From: a virus
Lineage: Duplodnaviria > Caudoviricetes
Direction: 5' to 3' (one strand)
IMG/VR virus record: IMGVR_UViG_3300010413_000052
Coordinates: 1 to 50,026 of that record
Length of the DNA: 50,026 nt
The notes beneath the pieces are model-generated. The model did not search any database. It was given only the letters and a program-made list of their open reading frames with translations, and was not told where the DNA came from. The position numbers and the translations under genes are program-made. Below, piece after piece: positions 24,849 through 34,256 of the stretch. The number at the start of each line of letters is the position of its first letter. Positions within the stretch are counted from its first letter, which is position 1.

Positions 24849-25601
24849 ATGAGAATAGGAGTATACATTAGAGGAATAACAAAAAAATATGATCCATATG
24901 AAACCGCCGAAAAACTAGCTAAACACGGTGTTTCTTTTGCCACAATCATGGTTTTTTGGCAAGAAGCTACTGCTGTAAAGAGTAGACTTACAAACTCCAA
25001 GAAACTTGCAGAATGGTCAAAAATATTTAGTGAATATGGAATTGAAACATGGATATGGGGTTATCCTTGGTGTGGTCGAGAGGTGTCTTTTGTACAACGT
25101 CTTGAATGGGCAAAAAACGAGTGCTCTGGACGATTGAGAGGCATTATTCTTGATCCAGAACTCGGCTATCAGGGTCATAAGGTAGGTCATATAGAGGCAC
25201 GTGTAGGTGCCACAAGACTCATAAATGGTGTATTGAATGTGATGGACGAATCCATGAATCTTGGTGTAACAAGTTTTGGTGCAGGTCATATTCATAAATC
25301 ATTTCCCTGGATGGAAATGTGTGCGGGTTTTGGTTCACCACAATTTTACCAAACTACTAATTTAGGACAAATTAGTAGTGGATTACGACATTGGTATGAT
25401 ACCGGGTGGAAAGAAATCTATCCATCAGTGCCACTTTTTGGTCGGAATTCTGGACAAAACTTAGAAAGGTATCTTGGAAATATTGAACTTTGTGCAAGAC
25501 AACATGATCCAAAAATTAAAATTCCAGGTTATATTTTTTGGTCTTTTCAACAATTAAATGGTGTAGAATGGAAAATTTTGAAAAAATTAGCAGACCAATA
25601 A
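24849..25601 (+). CDS. Putative TIM-barrel glycoside hydrolase (candidate endolysin)
   Basis: WIWGYP, IILDPE (DxE), SPQFY, IFWS patterns recalling GH25-like lysins. Confidence 0.5.
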   Translation: MRIGVYIRGITKKYDPYETAEKLAKHGVSFATIMVFWQEATAVKSRLTNSKKLAEWSKIFSEYGIETWIWGYPWCGREVSFVQRLEWAKNECSGRLRGIILDPELGYQGHKVGHIEARVGATRLINGVLNVMDESMNLGVTSFGAGHIHKSFPWMEMCAGFGSPQFYQTTNLGQISSGLRHWYDTGWKEIYPSVPLFGRNSGQNLERYLGNIELCARQHDPKIKIPGYIFWSFQQLNGVEWKILKKLADQ

Positions 25602-25837
25602 AAATTGATCTTATAAGGCTTTTAAATACTCATATTGAATTGGCCCTAGAAACTATAGCAAGTACCTTAAATAAACCTGTACGAGAGATTGAAAAACAGT
25701 TCAGACCAATTTTGCTTTCTCTTGCAAGAAATTGTTATAGGGAACGCCGACATTTCCCACGAATACAACTCAAAACGTTTTCAGAAGAAGATATTCCGAC
25801 CAGAAAATTTTTAAGGGAAAAAAGGTGGACAAGGTAA
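25538..25837 (+). CDS. Hypothetical protein
   Basis: ORF track; last gene of the rightward arm; start uncertain. Confidence 0.5.
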   Translation: MVFSTIKWCRMENFEKISRPIKIDLIRLLNTHIELALETIASTLNKPVREIEKQFRPILLSLARNCYRERRHFPRIQLKTFSEEDIPTRKFLREKRWTR

Positions 25838-26377
25838 TTGTTTAGGCTTAGGTTCCCATCCTTGTACAAATTCACCTTTGTTGAAATAGGTATCTACCAC
25901 GTCACCACATTGATGTGATATAGCACATCCCCCTTCCATAAAAGCGTGCATACCATCGAACTCAAAGTGTGCCAGCATGTGTCCTATTTCATGTCCTAAA
26001 GCCGCTAAAGACGGAGGTACTTTAGCGAGAGGAGGATCTTCGTAAATTGCATACTGCCCGGCACACTTAAAATCATCTGACCTACAATTCCAATACTGTA
26101 CATCATTATAAAGTGTCTTATAATCTTTTACTATATAAACATAAAAATCTTTTATATGTTTTTGTGGACCAACACCATAACACTGCATAACTGCAAGGTA
26201 TTTGGCGTCAATCAGATTGTGATCAACCTGTACACCATTTGAAATAACTCTAATCCCAAACGGTGTGCGTTCATCTGGTTTATATTGTGTGTATGTACAA
26301 CTATACAAAAAGCTTAGGCTGAGTAGCCAAAAACCGATTAAAAGCCTGTATGTGTGTTTCATTTCCCTGAACTGCAT
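25811..26377 (-). CDS. Putative lipoprotein with HExxH zincin motif
   Basis: Signal peptide ending FLYSC; LGHEIGH. Confidence 0.65.
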   Translation of the reverse strand: MQFREMKHTYRLLIGFWLLSLSFLYSCTYTQYKPDERTPFGIRVISNGVQVDHNLIDAKYLAVMQCYGVGPQKHIKDFYVYIVKDYKTLYNDVQYWNCRSDDFKCAGQYAIYEDPPLAKVPPSLAALGHEIGHMLAHFEFDGMHAFMEGGCAISHQCGDVVDTYFNKGEFVQGWEPKPKQLPCPPFFP

Positions 26378-26504
26378 TAAAACCTACCTTTACCCACGGT
26401 ACATAATCTTCACCGTATTGCACTTGTTTAAAAAAGATCCACAAAGTATCTGTATGTTGTATTTTAAACTTACCATATCTTTCATCTGTATAAAAAAATT
26501 CCAT
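26301..26504 (-). CDS. Hypothetical protein
   Basis: ORF track; RBS AAAGGAG. Confidence 0.5.
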   Translation of the reverse strand: MEFFYTDERYGKFKIQHTDTLWIFFKQVQYGEDYVPWVKVGFNAVQGNETHIQAFNRFLATQPKLFV

Positions 26505-26679
26505 TTTTCAGCTCCTTTTCGGTGGTGCTAATGTGGGTTTTGTATGTGGTTCTAAGAACTTATCTATAAGTCGTTCTATTTTATAGATAAGCTCTTTTTG
26601 CACAGGTTGTCCAAACTCATTTGGCGGCAATATTGTTTCTTTAGGTTTTCTCATACTTTAATTATTACCACAAAATTAA

Positions 26680-26814
26680 TTACTTTACAATACCATTATC
26701 ACAAAATTGCAAATTTAAACCAATCTCATTAAAGTCCTTTTTTTCTCTTATTTCATAAGATAGGTAACATGAACTTACAAAAGAACACAATATTATACTT
26801 ATAATTAATTTCAT
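26680..26814 (-). CDS. 44-aa putative lipoprotein (not in ORF track)
   Basis: RBS AAGGAG; MKLIISIILCSFVSSC lipobox-like signal. Confidence 0.5.
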   Translation of the reverse strand: MKLIISIILCSFVSSCYLSYEIREKKDFNEIGLNLQFCDNGIVK

Positions 26815-26856
26815 GACATGCTCCTTTTTATTTTTAAGCATATCATATTATAATAA

Positions 26857-27531
26857 CTAAACAAGTGTTTTTATTATTTTAACAGCTGCAACTTTGTCTT
26901 GATTGGTTGCACCATCATTGCCAGCTTTTATAATAGCCATATAACAACGTGTATCTGTTGTAGGTGTTAAACCAGATACAGTGTCTATCAAAGTATCTAA
27001 TGTTGTCCCACCATTATCATAATCGACAGATCCAATTAATGTTAAACTATTCCATTGGTATGAGTAAATTCCAAGACTCACTCTATCTGCTCCGGATCTT
27101 GCTGCACCTGGAACAACCTGAACCTCAACTTGTAAATTTATTTCTACGTTTAATGGTATGTTTATTGGAAAGTATAAATTACCATTATTTTGTGTTGATA
27201 CCCATGGCGTTGAGCTACTTAGATTAAATTCCCATGCTTGTTCTGGTGTTGCACCAACATTGGATTCAGGTAGACCAGAGCATATAGGGATAACCTGTTC
27301 ACCAGGTATAAGTTTTAATGCATTTAATATCTGTGACGCAGTATAAACCTCTACCGAGTCATCTGGTGTTGCACCAACATCACTTAAAAGTGCCTGAATA
27401 AAACCCATATAATCAGTCATTGTTTCAGCAATAATTGCCGTACCGTCTGTTTCACCAGGACCAGAACAATCCTGAGCTATTACACTTGGAAAACTTCCAG
27501 AACTATTTGGTATATCCGCGAAATCTTTCAT
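26857..27531 (-). CDS. Short tail fibre/receptor-binding protein
   Basis: N-terminal DGT...GFIQALL...G.TPD...SQILNALK attachment pattern; follows the baseplate genes. Confidence 0.65.
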   Translation of the reverse strand: MKDFADIPNSSGSFPSVIAQDCSGPGETDGTAIIAETMTDYMGFIQALLSDVGATPDDSVEVYTASQILNALKLIPGEQVIPICSGLPESNVGATPEQAWEFNLSSSTPWVSTQNNGNLYFPINIPLNVEINLQVEVQVVPGAARSGADRVSLGIYSYQWNSLTLIGSVDYDNGGTTLDTLIDTVSGLTPTTDTRCYMAIIKAGNDGATNQDKVAAVKIIKTLV

Positions 27532-27545
27532 TTTTTATTTGCTCC

Positions 27546-29168
27546 TTATCTTGAAACTAAAGAATAAATAGATGATTCCGATCCTTGTTGTCCAAGATCA
27601 GACCATGTTAGTCCACGATCAATTGATTTTAATATTTTACCATGTGTAGAAGTACCAGCGAAACAAACATTTTCTCTTGAAGTATAAGTTAGACTTCTAA
27701 TTACTGTTTCACCTGCTTGTTGTCCAAGACTTTCCCATGTTAAGCCATAATTAATTGATCTAAGAATTAAACCACCATTTCCTGTACCAGCCAAACAAAC
27801 ACCGTTTCCTATATGCAATAAACAATAAATAGCAGTTTGAGAATATTGTTGTCCTAAATCAGACCATGTTAATCCATAATCAACAGATCTAAAAATTTTA
27901 CCGGAATTATAAGTACCTGCTAAACAAATTCCAGATCCTAAATAACATAAAGCATATACTTGAGTTTCAGAATCTAATTGTTGAATTTCTGACCACGTTA
28001 ATCCATAATCTATCGATCTAAAAATTTTACCATTAGATCCAGATCCAGCTAAACATATCCCAGAACCCGCATATGCAAAACATCTAATTGATATTTCACT
28101 TTCCTGTTGTCCGAGATTTGACCATGTTAATCCATAATCTATTGATCTAAGGATTAATCCGCTAGATTGTGTACCAGCTAAACAAACACCATTTCCTATG
28201 TGTATTAAAGAGAGAATAGAAGTTTGTGAATATTGTTGATCTAAATCAGACCATGTTAATCCATAATCAACAGATCTAAAAATATGTCCACCAGTAGAAG
28301 TACCAGACAAAAAAATTCCAGATCCCAAATAAATTAAAGATAAAATGTATGTTTCAGATCCCTGTTGTCCTAAATCTGTTATAGTTGTACCATAGTCAAT
28401 AGATCTAAAAATATGCCCACCAGTAGAAGATCCAGCAAGCAAGGTTGATAATTGATCTACTAATACACACCAAGTAAATGCAGGTTTATATTTTAAAATA
28501 AGATTTTTTAATTGTGTTATTCTCTGTTCGTCTACAATTAAAGCATCTACAACAGGCGAAGAAGGCCATCCAGAAGATGCACTACCCACCCAAAAAACAT
28601 ATCTCCAAGCCCAGTGTGCGTTAATTTCTGTCGGTATTAAGTACGTTTTTAGTGTTTTAGTTACATTTAAATAATATCCAGAATATGCTCTACTATGCCC
28701 AGCAAAAGCAATACTTGAATTCGCAGCTAAATAATATGCAGGACTTTGATCAGTATATATTTTACCATTAACAACAAGTTCAGAATCTATACCGTCAGAG
28801 ATATCTACATCATCTGGATCAACTACAGGATTGTTTTCAATCACAATTGCATCTTCAAATCCTGCATTAATTAAAGCATTTTGTAAGTGTTCCCATGAAG
28901 CTGTAGTAGGACGTTGATAAACAATATGCGCTAACATCTGCCTACGGACAGATTCAGATAATGAAGAATTTGGTATAATACCATATTCACGTTCTAAATC
29001 TGAAAGATTACCTGTACGTCTTGGATCTCTAATATATGCAATAAGTTGAATTTGATCATATATGCTCTGATAATCTTCTGCTAATCCATCTAAAAGTTTA
29101 GAAAAATCACCTTCTTGATCAATATCTGTAGGCCAAAGTGTTTCTAATAATGTTTTAAAATCAAACAT
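27546..29168 (-). CDS. Baseplate wedge protein (YmfQ/Mu gp48-like) fused to a 7-blade BNR beta-propeller
   Basis: DP.RT..LSDLEREYGI...RRQML and LILKYKPAFT wedge motifs, then seven ~43-aa RSxDxGxTW repeats. Confidence 0.8.
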   Translation of the reverse strand: MFDFKTLLETLWPTDIDQEGDFSKLLDGLAEDYQSIYDQIQLIAYIRDPRRTGNLSDLEREYGIIPNSSLSESVRRQMLAHIVYQRPTTASWEHLQNALINAGFEDAIVIENNPVVDPDDVDISDGIDSELVVNGKIYTDQSPAYYLAANSSIAFAGHSRAYSGYYLNVTKTLKTYLIPTEINAHWAWRYVFWVGSASSGWPSSPVVDALIVDEQRITQLKNLILKYKPAFTWCVLVDQLSTLLAGSSTGGHIFRSIDYGTTITDLGQQGSETYILSLIYLGSGIFLSGTSTGGHIFRSVDYGLTWSDLDQQYSQTSILSLIHIGNGVCLAGTQSSGLILRSIDYGLTWSNLGQQESEISIRCFAYAGSGICLAGSGSNGKIFRSIDYGLTWSEIQQLDSETQVYALCYLGSGICLAGTYNSGKIFRSVDYGLTWSDLGQQYSQTAIYCLLHIGNGVCLAGTGNGGLILRSINYGLTWESLGQQAGETVIRSLTYTSRENVCFAGTSTHGKILKSIDRGLTWSDLGQQGSESSIYSLVSR

Positions 29169-30738
29169 ATGTTATTAATCCTAGTTTAGCTAATTCACCT
29201 TCACCTAAACTATAAGAAGCTAAAAATATACCTTCTTCAACACCAATACCAATTCCTGCACAAGTTGCACCATAACTGTCTAAAACATCCTGTACAACTT
29301 TTGAGATAAGGGGATCTGTAATCTGATCGGCTTGACTCGATTGAGAGTCAAGGCCTTGAATATATGGAGTTGCGTTTCTAAGATATGCATCTACATCTGT
29401 ATCTAGATCTGCTTTTGCTTGTGTTTCAAGTTCAGATACAATATCTAAACCACGTATTTCGAGGTAAATAGGTGTACGAATAATTGGCTCAACAAAAAGA
29501 TTATCATCTATTAATCCAAGACTAGGCCGTGCAATACCTGTAACTTGATCTTCTGTTAAATAGTCTCTTACGTCTGAAAGAAGTGAAGTAGTTGGTATAC
29601 CATCTGCTTGTACACTTGAATCACACTCACAATATACAGTTACATGTCCGGGATACTCAGTCTGAAGAATTTCAAAATCATCAAATTCACAATATGTACT
29701 GCTTGTACTTGTTACCGCCACAAGACGTATTGTTGTATCATGTGATGCACTTTGCCCGACCAACACAGTAATATTAATTTCTTGCCAACTTGTACTTGTT
29801 GTACCAGTCCATACGTTTATTGTTCCAATCCTAATTTGTGGGTATGCAGTACCATCCCCTCTCGCCCATCCTGTTATAGTATATTCATTATATAGTTTTA
29901 TACAATTTTGATATCCATACGGATCTGATGTACCATTATATGTTACTCTTAAAATTTGTGTTCCCTCATGCGGTGTACCTGTTTGCTTGGATAATGTTGC
30001 GTTATTTCCTACTGTCCAATTTGTAACACCAGATTCTTCCATATCCCAATCAACAAAATCCACACTTTGACGTACAGGAGTACCAGAATAAGGGAAAGCG
30101 CGGGTTATATTTGGCGTTTCCTGAGCCCAATTTCTAAAGTCTGCTAAATTGCTTCCCCCTCCTGTTGTCTGAATTTCATCTAAAACTTGACGCCTATAAA
30201 CCTCAATATCTTCTTGATCAATACCTTCTACAGAAATTGATGCAACTACAGCAGAATTATCTATACCAGAAATAGGACTAGATAAAGTGAGTGTATCAGA
30301 AACAGCTAAATTTCCATCTACGCCAGCCAAATAACAAGTCACGGTAGGAGCTGCAGTGCCACCAGAAATAGTAACAAGCGCTTGTGTATAATAGAGCAGT
30401 CCAGTTGAATCCCCTATAAATACCGTTTCTGCAGGTATATCAATACCATTTGTACCTGTACAAGTAAGGACTAATTCAGCTGCTACAGCTCCTTGACGTG
30501 TAACACCATATTCCTCACCTATAAGTTCCAAATCTTCCTCTGTAGCTGTCAAGGCAAGGTTTTGGAGTTGACGTTCAGCTGCTAATTTATAAAGACCTAA
30601 AACAATTGTGGCTTGTACATATGCCTGAATACGTAGGTATGATTTAGGTGTAATAGGAGCGTCTTGTCCAAGTGAGGTTTCATAATTTGAAACTGCTGCG
30701 TCAACAAGATCCTGAAAAGTTGGAATTGTTAAACTCAT
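29161..30738 (-). CDS. Baseplate J-like (Mu gp47) protein with inserted CBM-like domain
   Basis: TATEEDL..IGEEYGVTR, G.DGN, G.D.E..E.YR, GG.N..DF..WA; insertion between RAFP and PGHVTVY. Confidence 0.85.
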   Translation of the reverse strand: MSLTIPTFQDLVDAAVSNYETSLGQDAPITPKSYLRIQAYVQATIVLGLYKLAAERQLQNLALTATEEDLELIGEEYGVTRQGAVAAELVLTCTGTNGIDIPAETVFIGDSTGLLYYTQALVTISGGTAAPTVTCYLAGVDGNLAVSDTLTLSSPISGIDNSAVVASISVEGIDQEDIEVYRRQVLDEIQTTGGGSNLADFRNWAQETPNITRAFPYSGTPVRQSVDFVDWDMEESGVTNWTVGNNATLSKQTGTPHEGTQILRVTYNGTSDPYGYQNCIKLYNEYTITGWARGDGTAYPQIRIGTINVWTGTTSTSWQEINITVLVGQSASHDTTIRLVAVTSTSSTYCEFDDFEILQTEYPGHVTVYCECDSSVQADGIPTTSLLSDVRDYLTEDQVTGIARPSLGLIDDNLFVEPIIRTPIYLEIRGLDIVSELETQAKADLDTDVDAYLRNATPYIQGLDSQSSQADQITDPLISKVVQDVLDSYGATCAGIGIGVEEGIFLASYSLGEGELAKLGLITYV

Positions 30739-31178
30739 AATTTTGTAACCTCACTTAATTGTATTTTCCAATTCAAACCGTATTTTGTTGCAAGAATAGC
30801 AATTGCGGTTTTGCCTGGTGGTTTTACTAATATTAAAGCCTGAACAGTCTTGCCTTCTGGATTACGTAATCTAACATCTACTTCAGAGGCAATGTTTTCA
30901 TCGATCATCCATTGAAGCGCTTTTAATCCAATACTTCTTGCTTTATTAAGGTTAGAAATAGTAATAGGATTATCATTTATAAAAGAAATAAAATCTGAAC
31001 CTATATGCTGAACATCTTCTTCAATAACAGCATTCATAAACCAAGGTTCAGGAAAAAGAGATAAAATAACAGAATTTGTTAGACCATTATCAAGTTTAGG
31101 TTGACCACCTAAAAAAGTAAGATCCATTCCGTTACCAGAAACAGAAATAAGCGGATCACCTTGATAAATGCTTGTCAT
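30735..31178 (-). CDS. Baseplate protein, Mu gp46-like
   Basis: GLTNSVILSLF, ALQWMIDENIA..VDV. Confidence 0.75.
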   Translation of the reverse strand: MTSIYQGDPLISVSGNGMDLTFLGGQPKLDNGLTNSVILSLFPEPWFMNAVIEEDVQHIGSDFISFINDNPITISNLNKARSIGLKALQWMIDENIASEVDVRLRNPEGKTVQALILVKPPGKTAIAILATKYGLNWKIQLSEVTKL

Positions 31179-31702
31179 TACTCATCTGCTTTCAAATTTG
31201 AAGAAGAGACATCTGTCTCACTTATACCTGCTGACCATGCTGTTTTTAAAGCTGCACCACCATCATTTGCAACAGGTGTCCACGAACTAAACACATTATT
31301 TATAAAATCTAAAGCTGTTTTTACTTTATTTGCTAAAGCAACAAATTGATCACCACCACCTATTTCTACAATACCCGTGTTTCTTAAATAGATACTAGAT
31401 ACAATGTTATTACTACTATCTACAGCATATATCTTCTTTTCACCAGGATCTAAAGTTTCATCAATATCAACAAGATCATTAATTGCAATTGCTAGTTTCC
31501 AACTTGGGTTTAATTCTAAAACTAAAACTGTTGTATCATCTAATGGATTTGTCTGTTCACCGTTTTGATTTATGTGTTCAATAGACTGTACATCATTAGC
31601 TTCCGATAACTCGACAGATAGCATACGAGATTCGTTTTCACTATCACGATTTTCAATAATCTCACGCCCAACTACTGTTCCTATGCTTACATTTATTGCC
31701 AT
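31178..31702 (-). CDS. Baseplate spike, Mu gp45-like
   Basis: LDPGEKKIYA pattern; gene order. Confidence 0.65.
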   Translation of the reverse strand: MAINVSIGTVVGREIIENRDSENESRMLSVELSEANDVQSIEHINQNGEQTNPLDDTTVLVLELNPSWKLAIAINDLVDIDETLDPGEKKIYAVDSSNNIVSSIYLRNTGIVEIGGGDQFVALANKVKTALDFINNVFSSWTPVANDGGAALKTAWSAGISETDVSSSNLKADE

Positions 31703-32886
31703 TATAACCCTAAGCTTTTCAAAAGACCACCATTATCACTACCAAAAACATAAGGTATTTCTTCACCAGTATACGCTTGTGGTGGTACTAACATAAGAGA
31801 ACAAGTTGCGCCATTATCATCTAACGTATATTCAACAGACTTGATCAAAAAATCAAAACCTTTTCCTAACCAAACATCTTCATTTTTTAAAGTAACAAGT
31901 GTATTTTCCCTATAAAGATTATCACTTCCTTGTGGATACCAACCGATTCGAGGTACACGTATCGTTAACGCTTCTGCCCATCTTTTAGACCGTTCCCATT
32001 CTGCAGTTTTGCCTACTTCATCAATGTTCACATTATCTGCTCTTATGGTTGTTTGTCTTGTTATTGGTACAATTGCATCATCATATGCTTCTGCTATTTT
32101 TGTAAGCTGTACTGTTTTATAATTATCAACTAGTTTGCTGCCTATTTTTCTTTTCTTTTTTACTCTCTTCTTTAATTTTTCTGTCTTCTTTACTCTTACA
32201 GGTGTAGTTGAAACAATACGGTAAACAGCATATAATTGCCTACCATCATATTTTGTTTTTACGTTTGTTACATTTTCAATAACTTCAACAGGCTTACTAT
32301 CTGTATTTGCTTTAGTAAAAAGGACTTCACCTTTTTCATTTGATGTAATAAGAATTCCAAATTGGTTTGATATCTCATTAAGAAAATTAAAAATAGTCTG
32401 TTGCTTATCAATACACACTCTATCAAGAAAATGTGAACCAAGATCAGAATCATAATTTACAACAAGTCCAAGATCACTTATTATTTCTTCTGCGAGTTGT
32501 TGTAAACTAATCATCTTGTATTCGTATGGTGGATACTTTGTACTATCTATAATATCACAAGCTGGGCTGAAAACACCTATCGTTAAAAATTTCTCTTCGC
32601 TTGTTATTTCAGCTTCTACTGAATATACCACACCAGTAATAACAAGTTCACCACCTAAATAAACTTGTGCATCAGCATAATCAAAAGGTATAATCTTTTC
32701 CTTAGCTTTATCTGTTAACACTATAGTAGCACTACAACCGTCAGCACAATTATCAATACTTCTAAACACCTTACCACTTACAACAGGGAATTCTTCTTTA
32801 TCTATTACCAAAGTAAAATCTTTTTTATCTTTCCCAGATAAACCAGGTATTAAACCACCTACAGCTTTTTTTATATCGTCGAACAC
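31702..32886 (-). CDS. Baseplate hub, Mu gp44-like
   Basis: RSIDN.AD, VITG.V, TIFNFL, FLIKSVEY; gene order. Confidence 0.75.
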   Translation of the reverse strand: MFDDIKKAVGGLIPGLSGKDKKDFTLVIDKEEFPVVSGKVFRSIDNCADGCSATIVLTDKAKEKIIPFDYADAQVYLGGELVITGVVYSVEAEITSEEKFLTIGVFSPACDIIDSTKYPPYEYKMISLQQLAEEIISDLGLVVNYDSDLGSHFLDRVCIDKQQTIFNFLNEISNQFGILITSNEKGEVLFTKANTDSKPVEVIENVTNVKTKYDGRQLYAVYRIVSTTPVRVKKTEKLKKRVKKKRKIGSKLVDNYKTVQLTKIAEAYDDAIVPITRQTTIRADNVNIDEVGKTAEWERSKRWAEALTIRVPRIGWYPQGSDNLYRENTLVTLKNEDVWLGKGFDFLIKSVEYTLDDNGATCSLMLVPPQAYTGEEIPYVFGSDNGGLLKSLGL

Positions 32887-34256
32887 TATAGACTCACAAC
32901 AATTTCTTTACCTGCAGGTAACCAAAGTATTTCAGAGCTTTTAAGTTTATTATTCTCTATTAATTCATCATATTTATCTAAAGTACCATATTCACTTATA
33001 CACAATTCAGCAGTAGATCTAGGCCGATCAAGTACTATTTTCTTTTCTATTTGTAAATCCCCTATAAGGGATTGCATATATTTTAAAGTTAAAGCTATAA
33101 GAGTAACAAGATCAGTATAAATAGCACTATTTGAAAAATATTGATTTTCTAGGAGCGCTTCTTCTTGGTTTTCTTGTTGTGTATCATATGCCGTGGTTAA
33201 TTCAGAAAAAGCATTTATTAGTTGCTGAGAAAGATCTAAAGCTTTTGTACGTGACTTTATATCGTTAGCTGTCAAAAGAATTTGAGAAAACGCCACTATA
33301 GAAGATATACTTGCCAATTCGGCAGTTGCTATATTGTTCTTCTTCTCTTTATCTGTTGACCATGTTTTTGTAATAGAGCCACCAACACGGTTCTGCGATG
33401 GTGTATTTTCACCAGGTAATAAAGACAATATTCCAAGTCGTAATTCAGAATATTTAGTAATCCTTTTTTTCGTATCACGACTTGCTAGTAAAGGAAGATT
33501 TATTAGGTTCTGTAATTGTCCAGCTAATTCAGCTAAAGGTAATAAAATAGCATCTAAAGATGCCTGAATACCATATTTTACAGATGTAATTGCAGATGAT
33601 ACTAAATCTTCTACAGCAAAAACAGGACTAAGAACGAAATCAACCACATTACCAATACCATCAACAGTATTTTCAATAACAGCCCTTAAAGCCCTACTTG
33701 TCTGATCACAAGCTGCTACAAATTGTTCAATAGAATTAAGCTGTACAAGAGAACACTGACCGTCAACTAAACCAGCCAATTCTCTTGAAGTAAGAAGTTT
33801 GTCTTCATCTATTGATTCTATCCACTCAGTTGATAGTTCTGTATAACCGCCCTCATCAGCGTAACGTGTTTCACGTATTGAAAGTAATTGTAAACCAAGA
33901 TACCCGTAACTAGGATGTACTACAGCCCATTGACCTTTTTCTTTTGCTGCTATTGCATAAAAATCCCTTGCAAAAAGATCATTATTCTCATAATCAGTAA
34001 ACCTAAAAGTTATAGAAAATCTATTTGAAGAAGTAGCTAAATCTTGGGAAACCGTACCTTGAATATTAGGATAATCAAAAAGACCTACTTTTTTATCTGC
34101 TCCTTTTGTACTCTCAATCCACTTTGCAGAAAATTCCGTTGAAGTTTTTGGACTAGTCAAAATAATAGTTGCATCGCCTATGCGCTCTTTCCAATTATCA
34201 CCCTCCTGAAAAAATGCATCTATAATACCTTGTCCAATTTCCTCAAATAAGCTCAT
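32886..34256 (-). CDS. Mu gp43-like DNA circulation/tail protein
   Basis: FDYP...G..SQDL, G...VHPSYG; directly after the tape measure gene. Confidence 0.7.
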   Translation of the reverse strand: MSLFEEIGQGIIDAFFQEGDNWKERIGDATIILTSPKTSTEFSAKWIESTKGADKKVGLFDYPNIQGTVSQDLATSSNRFSITFRFTDYENNDLFARDFYAIAAKEKGQWAVVHPSYGYLGLQLLSIRETRYADEGGYTELSTEWIESIDEDKLLTSRELAGLVDGQCSLVQLNSIEQFVAACDQTSRALRAVIENTVDGIGNVVDFVLSPVFAVEDLVSSAITSVKYGIQASLDAILLPLAELAGQLQNLINLPLLASRDTKKRITKYSELRLGILSLLPGENTPSQNRVGGSITKTWSTDKEKKNNIATAELASISSIVAFSQILLTANDIKSRTKALDLSQQLINAFSELTTAYDTQQENQEEALLENQYFSNSAIYTDLVTLIALTLKYMQSLIGDLQIEKKIVLDRPRSTAELCISEYGTLDKYDELIENNKLKSSEILWLPAGKEIVVSL

